A DNA stretch of 64,000 nucleotides, from assembly GCA_039189765.1 (NCBI GenBank), contig JBCCYL010000023.1, positions 1 through 64,000 on the forward strand. Direction: 5' to 3'. The notes below the pieces were generated by a model that worked only from the letters and a program-made list of their open reading frames with translations, did not search any database and had not been told where the DNA came from. The position numbers were made by a program, and so were the translations under genes. How positions within the stretch are numbered: position 1 is the stretch's first letter; every line of letters begins with the position of its first letter. The stretch comes from Cyanobacteria bacterium P01_F01_bin.150. Its GTDB lineage: Bacteria; Cyanobacteriota; Cyanobacteriia; CAKZMO01. Below, one piece after another: positions 56,234-64,000 of the stretch.

Positions 56234-59128
56234 TTAATAGCTGCGCTTTAGGGCTTTAACGCATCGTTCACATAGAAAAGGATGCTCGGCAGTTTGTCCG
56301 AGTTTAATGTAATAATTCCAGCAACGAGCGCATTTCTGGCCATCTGCATCGGTTACGCCAATAGCCAAGCTATCGGAAAAGGAATGATATTTCATCTTTT
56401 TCACCGGGTCTGCACTTTCAGTCAGCTCCACTTGAGAGGTGAGGAAGAGATAGCGCAGTTCATCAATGCTATTTCCGCTTAGATCTCCAGGATTCAGGTG
56501 TTGCAGTTGAGCAAGCAGATCAGCATCTGCTACATAGATCAACACTTTTGCATCTAAAGAGGAGCCAATAGCTTTATCAGCACGGGCCTGTTCCAGCACC
56601 TTATTCACTTCATCTCGAATTGTGCGTAGCTTAGCCCAGGACTCCACGAGATCAGGCTGACTCCACTGCTGCTCCATTTTGACCCAACCGGCCTGAAAAA
56701 CAGAACGATGGGAGGTGTCATAGGGTAAGAACTGCCAGATATCCTCCGCCATATGGGACAGGACAGGGGCGATCGCCCTAGCCAAATTTTCGATAGCCAC
56801 GGCCAGAACAGTCTGGCAACTACGACGACGGTGGGAGTTTTCGCTACTGATATAGAGACGGTCCTTGGCAATATCTAGATAGAAGTTAGACAGATCGACC
56901 ACACAGAAGTTTTGAATCGTTTGGAAAAAGCGGAAAAACTGGAAGGACTCAAAGGCATCGGTGACTTCCGCAAATACCTCCGTAATTCGATGCAGCATGT
57001 ACTGATCCAGCTCTGGCAGATCTTCGTAGGCGATCGCATCCGTAGCTGGGTTGAAATCGTGCAGATTACCAATTAGAAACCGAGACGTGTTGCGAATCTT
57101 GCGATATACATCAGCCATTTGCTTCAAAATATTTTTGCCCAGGGGCACATCGGAGGAATAGTCCACGGACGAGACCCATAGTCGTAGCACATCGGCTCCA
57201 TAGGGCGGCTCTTGCTTTTTATTATTGCCTCCTTCAATCACCACCTTGGGATCAACCACGTTCCCCAAAGACTTACTCATCTTGCGCCCGTTTTCATCCA
57301 GGGCAAAGCCGTGGGTCAGAACGGTCTTGTAGGGCGCACAATCATTTGTAGCGACGCTGGTAAGCAAGCTGGACTGGAACCAACCGCGATGCTGGTCTGA
57401 GCCTTCCAAATACATATCGACGGGATACTGGAGGCCTTCCCGCTGACGGGCGACCGCTGCCCAGGAGGAACCGGAGTCAAACCATACGTCCATGGTGTCG
57501 GTGCCGCGACGGTAGGTTTTGCCGTTGTTGCGATAGGATTCCGGCAGAAGATCGTTAATATCCATTTCCCACCAGGCATCGGCCCCGTGTTCGCGAATAA
57601 TCGCCTGAATATGGGCGATGGTCTCTTCATTCATCAGCACATCCCCGGTGGCTTCGTCATAAAAGGCGGGAATGGGAACGCCCCAGGTTCGCTGACGGGA
57701 AATACACCAGTCAGAGCGATCGCCCACCATGGCAGTAATACGATTTTCGCCTTGAGCCGGGATCCATCGAACATCGGAAATAGCCTGCATGGCCTGATCC
57801 CTGAATCCTTCCACCGACGCAAACCACTGTTCAGTGGCCCGGAAGATCGTTGGTTTTTTGGTACGCCAGTCATAGGGATAGCGGTGACCATACGGTTCCT
57901 GCTTAAGTAAGGATTTTGCCTCTTCCAACGCAGTGATAATGGCCGCATTAGCGTCCTTCAGCACGTTTAGACCTTCAAATGGCCCCGCCTCTGCGGTCAT
58001 CACCCCCGCCTCGTTAACCGGACAAAGGATCGGCAAGCCATAGCGTTGACCCACCGCAAAGTCATCCTGACCGTGGCCAGGAGCAGTATGCACTAGCCCT
58101 GTACCGGATTCGGTGGTAACATAATCCCCACCGATAACCACCGGACTTTCCCGATCATAAAGGGGATGACGATAGGTCGTATGCTCTAGCTCCTGGCCCT
58201 TGAGGACGGCTTTTTCCACTAGCTCCACTCCAAATGTCGCGGCAAGGGATTCAATTAAATCCTTGGCTACAATTAGGTGGGAAAAAGCAATGGTATCGGC
58301 ATTATCACCTGTGACCTCCACCACGGAATAGGCCAAATCAGGGTTTAAGGCAACGGCTAAGTTAGCAGGAATGGTCCAGGGCGTTGTGGTCCAGATCGCC
58401 ACGCCAAGATTATCCAAATATGGAGTCAGAGCCGCGCTAGCAGCATCCGATGCCGCAACGACGGGAAAGGCGGCATAGATACTCTGAGAGGTATGCCCTT
58501 CAGGATATTCTAATTCTGCTTCTGCTAAGGCTGTACGAGAGCTGGGACTCCAATGGACGGTCTTTAAGCCTCGATAGATAAAGCCCTTGAGGACCATCTC
58601 ACCAAAGACGCCAATTTGGGCCGCTTCATATTCCGGCAGCAGAGTGAGGTAAGGAGTATCCCAATCCCCCCAAACCCCATACCGTTTAAAGCTTTCCCGC
58701 TGCTGATCAACCTGCTTTAAGGCCCATTCCTTCGCTTTTTTCCTGAGTTGGATCGGCGTTAACTCTCGACGCTCGGAGGACTTCATCGCCTGGAGCACTT
58801 TTAGCTCAATCGGCAACCCGTGACAGTCCCACCCCGGAATATAGCGAACCTTCCGCCCCTGCAAAAGCTGATATTTATTAATGGTGTCCTTTAAAATCTT
58901 GTTGAGGGCGTGACCAATATGCAGTGCTCCGTTGGCATAGGGAGGACCATCATGCAGCACAAATGGTTCTCCAGGATTTTCAATGGCAAGGGTCTCGTAA
59001 ATCTTTTCTTCCGCCCAAAACTTTTGCAGTTCAGGTTCTCGCTTGACGGAATTGGCCCGCATAGAGAAGTCAGTTTTAGGCAAGTTTACGGTGTCTTTGT
59101 AGCTTACTGCTTGTGTCACGATTGCCAA
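56234..59128 (-). CDS. ileS: Isoleucine--tRNA ligase (IleRS1 type)
   Basis: HDGPPYANG.LHIGH, WTTTPWT, GTGLVH.APGHG, KMSKS, C-terminal CARCW..CERC zinc finger. Confidence 0.98.
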   Translation of the reverse strand: MAIVTQAVSYKDTVNLPKTDFSMRANSVKREPELQKFWAEEKIYETLAIENPGEPFVLHDGPPYANGALHIGHALNKILKDTINKYQLLQGRKVRYIPGWDCHGLPIELKVLQAMKSSERRELTPIQLRKKAKEWALKQVDQQRESFKRYGVWGDWDTPYLTLLPEYEAAQIGVFGEMVLKGFIYRGLKTVHWSPSSRTALAEAELEYPEGHTSQSIYAAFPVVAASDAASAALTPYLDNLGVAIWTTTPWTIPANLAVALNPDLAYSVVEVTGDNADTIAFSHLIVAKDLIESLAATFGVELVEKAVLKGQELEHTTYRHPLYDRESPVVIGGDYVTTESGTGLVHTAPGHGQDDFAVGQRYGLPILCPVNEAGVMTAEAGPFEGLNVLKDANAAIITALEEAKSLLKQEPYGHRYPYDWRTKKPTIFRATEQWFASVEGFRDQAMQAISDVRWIPAQGENRITAMVGDRSDWCISRQRTWGVPIPAFYDEATGDVLMNEETIAHIQAIIREHGADAWWEMDINDLLPESYRNNGKTYRRGTDTMDVWFDSGSSWAAVARQREGLQYPVDMYLEGSDQHRGWFQSSLLTSVATNDCAPYKTVLTHGFALDENGRKMSKSLGNVVDPKVVIEGGNNKKQEPPYGADVLRLWVSSVDYSSDVPLGKNILKQMADVYRKIRNTSRFLIGNLHDFNPATDAIAYEDLPELDQYMLHRITEVFAEVTDAFESFQFFRFFQTIQNFCVVDLSNFYLDIAKDRLYISSENSHRRRSCQTVLAVAIENLARAIAPVLSHMAEDIWQFLPYDTSHRSVFQAGWVKMEQQWSQPDLVESWAKLRTIRDEVNKVLEQARADKAIGSSLDAKVLIYVADADLLAQLQHLNPGDLSGNSIDELRYLFLTSQVELTESADPVKKMKYHSFSDSLAIGVTDADGQKCARCWNYYIKLGQTAEHPFLCERCVKALKRSY

Positions 59129-59272
59129 TTTGAATAAGGTGGACGAATTTTTAAAGATCAGCCACCATTATCAACCACAACCTCCCAATGCTACAAGGTC
59201 TCCATATGCTTAACGGGAGAATAGGCCGTTTCATGTCCTACTTCTCCCGTCGCAAAGACCTCTATTTATATT

Positions 59273-59379
59273 CTCGCTCCCAGCGTCCTGCGGGGAATGC
59301 CATCTCGATCCAGAGTCTCAGGATGGCCATTGGAGCCAGAGTCTCCAATAGCAGTTCCCAGTCTCCGGCTAGGAACTAG
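59273..59379. repeat. Palindromic intergenic repeat related to 9278-9438
   Basis: CTCGCTCCCAG..GGGAATG..GAGCCAGAGTCTC..GTTCCCAGTCTCCGGCTAGGAACTAG. Confidence 0.65.
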
Positions 59380-59415
59380 AGGCAATGAGCAAAGGCCTCC
59401 ACTAAAACATAAGCA

Positions 59416-59895
59416 CTAATCTTGATGAGACGCCATATAGCGAATAATGTCACCTCGGGTCAAAATGCCAACGACTTCTTTCTGGTCATTGACTACAATT
59501 AGGCGATGAACATTTCGACGGTGCAGTAATTTGGCCGCAGCTTGCAGGGATTCATCCGATTGAATGGTGATCACTGATTTAGTCATTACGTCTCCCACCA
59601 ACTGCCCCAGAGCCTTGTGGAGTTCTTTTTCAAAGGTAGCCGGATTTTCCAGATAGATTACGCTATCAAGCACCATGATGTAGGGCGGTGGATTAGCACC
59701 CGTTTCTTGCCACATCAAATCGCCTTCAGAAATAACGCCTACCAGTTGATTATCCTCATCAATCACAGGCATCCCACTGATGCGATGGTCCGCAATTAAT
59801 TTAACCGCAGTGCGTAAAGGCGTGGCGGATGTTACCGAAATAGGGTTGGATGTCATCACATCCGTCACAGCGGGAGCAGTAGTTAGGGTCAACAT
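59416..59895 (-). CDS. CBS domain pair protein
   Basis: DVMT, ISGMPV, GVISEGDL, GILTRGDI. Confidence 0.9.
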   Translation of the reverse strand: MLTLTTAPAVTDVMTSNPISVTSATPLRTAVKLIADHRISGMPVIDEDNQLVGVISEGDLMWQETGANPPPYIMVLDSVIYLENPATFEKELHKALGQLVGDVMTKSVITIQSDESLQAAAKLLHRRNVHRLIVVNDQKEVVGILTRGDIIRYMASHQD

Positions 59896-60061
59896 AAGCA
59901 AAAGACCGGTGAACGGTACCCACAATACATCTTTATCCTTATTGTAAGAACGGATGCTTGGGGAACCGGCAACGCCACACGTTTCTACATATTTGTTTTG
60001 TTACATTACCACGCTCCTAGGGCCCTGACCTCACCTTTTGGGGTAGGCGATAAACAGTTGT

Positions 60062-60111
60062 AGACCCCTGGATTCTAAGAGCCTAGGCGATCGCCAAGAT
60101 CCCAGGGGTCT
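60062..60111. repeat. Inverted repeat AGACCCCTGG...CCAGGGGTCT containing HIP1; left part near-duplicates 60147-60179
   Basis: Seen directly. Confidence 0.6.
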
Positions 60112-60144
60112 TACCTCATGCTTCTTGGGGGGCAATAAACGTTT

Positions 60145-61248
60145 TTAGACCCCTGGGATCTGAGAGCCTACGAGATCGCGCCCATGCTGATCCCAAAGAT
60201 TATCGATATCTGGACCTCGGGGAATAATTTGCCCCGGGTTGAGGGGAAACAGGTTACCGTAATAGTCTCGCTTCACTGCATCGAGATCGCAGGTCTCAGC
60301 CACCCCTGGTAGCTGATACATATCTCTCAGATAAGGGCCAAGGTTTGCATAGTCCTGAATGCGACGCCGATTGCACTTGAAGAGGCCGTAGTAGACAATA
60401 TCGAAGCGAAACAGGGTCGTAAACAATCGCACATCGGCAAGGGTCACAGTCGGCCCACACAAGTATCGCTGATGGGTGAGAGCGGTATCAATGTCATCTA
60501 ACATGGCAAATAGCTGATCACAGGCTTGGTCGTAGGCAACTTGGCTTTGGGCAAACCCACAGCGGTATACGCCATTATTTACAGCATGGTAGATCTTCTT
60601 ATTCCAATCATCGATGATGGGTTTAAGGGCATCGGGATAGAGATTGAGGGAGGGATTTTGGGCGATCGCATCAAATTCCCCATTGAGGATCTCAATAATC
60701 TCAGCACTCTCGTTATTAACAATAGTTTGGGTCTGACTATCCCACAGCACAGGCACAGTGGAGCGACCATCGTATCCAGTTTGAGCGAGGCGATAAAATT
60801 CTTTAAGCGTACGACAGCCCCTTGCAGATGCCTGGGTTTGATCCTCAAAAACCCAACCGCCATCGTTCACAGATGGCTCCACAACGGTAACGGGAATTGA
60901 TTCTGCCAGACCTTTTAAGGCTCGTACCACCAAGGTTCGATGTGCCCAAGGACAGCCCATACCGACATAGAGGTGATAGCGCCCCGCTTCAGTTAGGTAT
61001 GACATATTGCCAGAATCAAGCTCCTGATCCTCTCTTTTCGCTCGAACCCAATGCCGAAATTGACTCTCAGGCCGAAGATAGGCCCCTGATTTACTCCGGG
61101 GCGCAATTTGGGACATCATCGTATGCCACATGGTGGACCACACCCATTTTCCGGTTTGGACAATCAACCGACCGGGAAGAGCAACGTTAACGTTAGGCCG
61201 CTTTGATTTTGACGGAGACAGGTTGGAATTAGAGCGATTTTGAGTCAT
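60145..61248 (-). CDS. Glutathionyl-hydroquinone reductase (GST Xi/YqjG family)
   Basis: CPWAHRTL, TVPVLWD, IVNNESAEI, NNGVYRCGFA, RFD.VY..LFKCN. Confidence 0.9.
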   Translation of the reverse strand: MTQNRSNSNLSPSKSKRPNVNVALPGRLIVQTGKWVWSTMWHTMMSQIAPRSKSGAYLRPESQFRHWVRAKREDQELDSGNMSYLTEAGRYHLYVGMGCPWAHRTLVVRALKGLAESIPVTVVEPSVNDGGWVFEDQTQASARGCRTLKEFYRLAQTGYDGRSTVPVLWDSQTQTIVNNESAEIIEILNGEFDAIAQNPSLNLYPDALKPIIDDWNKKIYHAVNNGVYRCGFAQSQVAYDQACDQLFAMLDDIDTALTHQRYLCGPTVTLADVRLFTTLFRFDIVYYGLFKCNRRRIQDYANLGPYLRDMYQLPGVAETCDLDAVKRDYYGNLFPLNPGQIIPRGPDIDNLWDQHGRDLVGSQIPGV

Positions 61249-61633
61249 AACGTTCGTAGAGTTCCAACGGCAGAGAATCGGGGTCTTGAAAGAAGGTAAA
61301 GCGCTTTCCAGTCAATTCATCAAAGCGAATGGGTTCGGTTTCAACTCCTGCTTGGTTGAGGTGGGCGATCGCCCCTTCCAAGTCATCCACCGCAAACGCC
61401 AAATGCCTTAGACCACAAGATTCAGGAAAGCTAGGACGTTCCGGCGGCTCAGGGAAAGAAAAGAGTTCAATCTGCGCACCATTGCCCACAGCCAAATCCA
61501 ACTTATAGGAATGACGGGCAGACCGGAAGGTTTCTTGGATAATGGAAAACCCAAGAATCTCAGTATAGAAATATTTGGATCGATCGTAGTCCGAACAAAT
61601 AATCGCAACGTGGTGGATCTGACGAATCTTCAT
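61229..61633 (-). CDS. VOC/glyoxalase family protein (YaeR-like)
   Basis: IHHVAIICSDY..SK.FY, IELFSFP, GLRHLAF, DPD.LPLELYE. Confidence 0.9.
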   Translation of the reverse strand: MKIRQIHHVAIICSDYDRSKYFYTEILGFSIIQETFRSARHSYKLDLAVGNGAQIELFSFPEPPERPSFPESCGLRHLAFAVDDLEGAIAHLNQAGVETEPIRFDELTGKRFTFFQDPDSLPLELYERYDSKSL

Positions 61634-61665
61634 GTTTATAGTGAAGTGAGAAATAGCCATATACA

Positions 61666-61698
61666 AGATCCCCGAGTTCTCCAAGAACCCAGGGATCT
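61666..61698. repeat. Short palindrome AGATCCCCGAGTTCT..AGAACCCAGGGATCT downstream of ccmK
   Basis: Imperfect inverted repeat seen directly. Confidence 0.55.
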
Positions 61699-61723
61699 GA
61701 TGCGTATTTCGTACCATAAAAGC

Positions 61724-62086
61724 CTAGCTACCAGGAAGGCTAGGAGAATTATTTGCCATCACCAAAGGTTCTTCCACGGCCCGGCGATACTGCTCAACCT
61801 CTTCCGTGTATTCAATCGGTAGAACCCCAACAACGTTTTCGTGGGGACGAGGAATGATCACCCAGGTTTCCAAAACGCCACCAGGAGCATTTTTAGCGGC
61901 TTCCACTCCAGCCGCCATTGCAGCCTTAACTTCAGCCACATCTCCCCGAATATTGATGCAAAACCGAGCACTTCCAGCTCGGATATAGTTAATTAGCGTC
62001 ACACGACCCGCCTTTACCATCGCATCAGCGGCCGCCAATACTGGGGGAAATCCTTTCGTCTCTAGTGATCCAACTGCCTGTGGCAT
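61724..62086 (-). CDS. ccmK4: Carboxysome shell BMC-H protein, CcmK4-type
   Basis: AVGSLETKGFP.VLAAADAMVKAGRVT...YIRAGSARF..NIRGDV.EVK, IIPRPHENV. Confidence 0.85.
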   Translation of the reverse strand: MPQAVGSLETKGFPPVLAAADAMVKAGRVTLINYIRAGSARFCINIRGDVAEVKAAMAAGVEAAKNAPGGVLETWVIIPRPHENVVGVLPIEYTEEVEQYRRAVEEPLVMANNSPSLPGS

Positions 62087-62180
62087 TCGTTATCTCCTCT
62101 AATAAACGCCCGTTCTAAACCTTACACCCTAACGTCCACACTCTTAAACAAATTCTTGAGGAGGGCGGAGGAGGGAAAAA

Positions 62181-62281
62181 GGCAGAAGGCAGAAGGCAGA
62201 AGGCAAAAAAGCTAACTCCCTCCCCAACTCTCGAACTCCCTAACTCCCTAATGCCTTAACGCCCTAACGCCTTAACTCCCC
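62181..62281 (+). repeat. STRR-like tandem repeats: (GGCAGAA)3+ and octamers TAAC(T/G)CC(C/T)
   Basis: Seen directly. Confidence 0.8.
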
Positions 62282-62302
62282 AATTCTTCAATCCAAAATG
62301 CC

Positions 62303-62905
62303 CTAGACTTTCGTCAGCGTGGGAGTATTCTTCGAAGCAATCACCCGTTCACACCATGAGTCCGGCCATGCCCACTGGTAGTGACATTCCTTAGGTGTTC
62401 CCCAACAAAGCGATAGATATAGCTCCGATTGCCCCACATCCAGTTCCACCCACTCCGCATCCGCCGCCAACCGTTCTACATCGCTAATCCCCACTTGGGT
62501 TGGCTCAGACTGCTTACGCGATTCTCCAGTGAGCCATAGCAACATGCCGTCAGTGCCTTGACGCCAAAAGTCTAGTATTGAAGACTTAGCATCCATCATC
62601 ATCCTTTTATCGGCTTCAATGGGGATCAATTGGCCATGAATCTCAGGAACCTCTACTGTTTGCCCCCGAAACTGACGAGTTTGCCAGATAATTCCTGACA
62701 CCTCGTGTTCTCGCTGATAATCATGGATCTGCCGCCGAAAATCCTGATAGGCAAACACTTTGCTCAGCTTTTCCGTGCCTAATGCTTTAGCCACCACTGG
62801 ATTACTCAATCGTTGATCCGAAGACATAACGATCCGTTCTCCCTTCCAGGTTGCCCGGAGTTCATTGTCTAAAATTTCAATCAACTGCTCAGTGGTGTAG
62901 CTCAT
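62303..62905 (-). CDS. Conserved cyanobacterial hypothetical protein
   Basis: MSYTTEQLIEILDNELRATWKGER..FAYQDFR.QIH.YQ.EH.VSG. Confidence 0.75.
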   Translation of the reverse strand: MSYTTEQLIEILDNELRATWKGERIVMSSDQRLSNPVVAKALGTEKLSKVFAYQDFRRQIHDYQREHEVSGIIWQTRQFRGQTVEVPEIHGQLIPIEADKRMMMDAKSSILDFWRQGTDGMLLWLTGESRKQSEPTQVGISDVERLAADAEWVELDVGQSELYLSLCWGTPKECHYQWAWPDSWCERVIASKNTPTLTKV

Positions 62906-62972
62906 GGGATTTCCTGTATTGTTGCCCCTTTTAGCCCATCAACCCTTCAGCGGAAGCATTTACGCAAAAAGC

Positions 62973-63173
62973 TTAATCCAAGTAGCCCAACATGTCATCC
63001 ATATCTTCCGTTGTATTACTCGCAATGGGTCGATTCTGCGGTAAAGGTGACGGCTTGGGCCGACGGATATCAATTTTGCCTCTGGTCGGGACAGCAGCGA
63101 TGTTGCCTCCGGCAATAGCGATGTCCCCTTGAGAATCTGGGGCAGGAATCAGATCTCGTGGATCAGATGACAT
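62973..63173 (-). CDS. Small hypothetical protein
   Basis: AAGGAGG before ATG; LP.NRPIAS...MLGYLD C-terminus. Confidence 0.6.
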   Translation of the reverse strand: MSSDPRDLIPAPDSQGDIAIAGGNIAAVPTRGKIDIRRPKPSPLPQNRPIASNTTEDMDDMLGYLD

Positions 63174-63344
63174 GATGGCCTCCTTATTTAACGCACATTT
63201 TTGTGCTTTTCGTATGAATGTTTAGTAAGGGTAACTATAGGATTGACTCTATTGCTACATGCCCATTGTCCTACAAAAGACTACGGTCTTGCATCGACAT
63301 TTGTTATGCGATCGCCTTAAAAAAGTTATCGTTCTATTACGTAA

Positions 63345-63998
63345 TCATAATTCTCTTTGGAGCCAGATCCCTCGCAGTCCCGCCGCTGTTGCACCTTCAT
63401 AGTCTTCTTTGAGGCTATCACCAATATGCCATGCCTGACCAGGAGAACATTGATGCTTCTCCAAAGCTGCATTGAAAATGATTACGCTTGGCTTAGCCGC
63501 TCCCACATCGGTAGACACTGTAATCGAGTCAAAAAAGCCTGTCAGTTCCAGCGCCAACAATACTCGATGAATTCGACTGTCAAAATTCGACACAATTCCC
63601 ATTGCAACTCCCTGTTGCCTATAGTGCATCAGGGTTTTAAGCGTATCTTCATAGATAAACCATGGAGCAGCAGTGGCAAAGTGCTCGTAAAGCGTATCGA
63701 AGAAATGGTCAAAGTGAGTAAACTGCTCCAATACTCCAACCCTTTGAAAGGTTTGCTGGGCAATCGCCTTCCACCACTCAAACTCACGCGCAGGAATACT
63801 ATATATGTCAACATCAGGAAATGCCATCGGTGGAGCCGCTTTAAACGCCTTGTAAAAAGCATCATCAATCGCCCCAGCATCCCCATGAACGCCATAGGGA
63901 CGAGCCAGCTCTGCATAGATTTCACCAACGCTGCCCTTCACACCAAATAAGGTTCCAACAGCATCAAAAAAGATAACCTGCGGTGGATCGTAAACGGA
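63345..63998 (-). CDS. HAD-IA hydrolase (REG-2/HDHD3-like), 5' end beyond window
   Basis: Frame open to the edge: VIFFDAVGTLFGVKGSVG; VSNFDSR, AAKP, HIGDS..EDY.GA. Confidence 0.9.
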   Translation of the reverse strand, partial: SVYDPPQVIFFDAVGTLFGVKGSVGEIYAELARPYGVHGDAGAIDDAFYKAFKAAPPMAFPDVDIYSIPAREFEWWKAIAQQTFQRVGVLEQFTHFDHFFDTLYEHFATAAPWFIYEDTLKTLMHYRQQGVAMGIVSNFDSRIHRVLLALELTGFFDSITVSTDVGAAKPSVIIFNAALEKHQCSPGQAWHIGDSLKEDYEGATAAGLRGIWLQREL

Positions 63999-64000
63999 TT

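Larger units (their letters stand above)
907..63315. repeat. HIP1 octamer GCGATCGC, dispersed throughout the window
   Basis: Dozens of copies, e.g. 907, 5293, 5359, 6892, 11341; cyanobacterial hallmark. Confidence 0.95.

Noticed and set aside
178..63950. Many short antisense or alternate-frame ORFs in the track (e.g. 178-567, 8353-9000, 63357-63950)
   Set aside because: They are shadows of well-supported genes or repeats, with no recognisable motifs.

Overview
Cyanobacterial chromosomal segment (dense HIP1 GCGATCGC octamers; acsF, ldpA, ccmK4, Ycf45-like). It mixes housekeeping genes (rpmF, fmt, cysE, purL, ileS, alpha-amylase) with three accessory blocks. (i) 0.9-6.4 kb: a minus-strand four-gene module encoding a DUF3859-like protein, an AsnB-like ATP-pyrophosphatase lacking the N-terminal Cys, a LysA-fold protein lacking the PLP lysine, and a Zn-finger/TM/Toprim-like protein. 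(ii) 6.5-9.3 kb: a small effector-associated-domain-like ORF followed by an NB-ARC/TPR (NLR-like) ORF. Their junction has features of a programmed -1 ribosomal frameshift (GAC CCU CAC UAG followed by an 11-bp stem). (iii) 25-43.8 kb: a surface-glycan island with coiled-coil 'SKFW(K/R)LR'-tailed enzymes and a GtrA/GtrB/GT-C cassette, linked to a phosphoribulokinase-like domain, HAD phosphatase, GDPD-like phosphodiesterase, tandem nucleotidyltransferase and class II aldolase (possible lipid-linked ketose transfer pathway). About 10 clear and several degenerate copies of an ~80-bp structured intergenic repeat with compensatory stem changes are scattered through the window, along with other small repeat families, a candidate ~55-nt sRNA and a truncated hicA. 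No rRNA, tRNA, CRISPR array or transposase was recognised. All calls come from reading the sequence; no searches were run.
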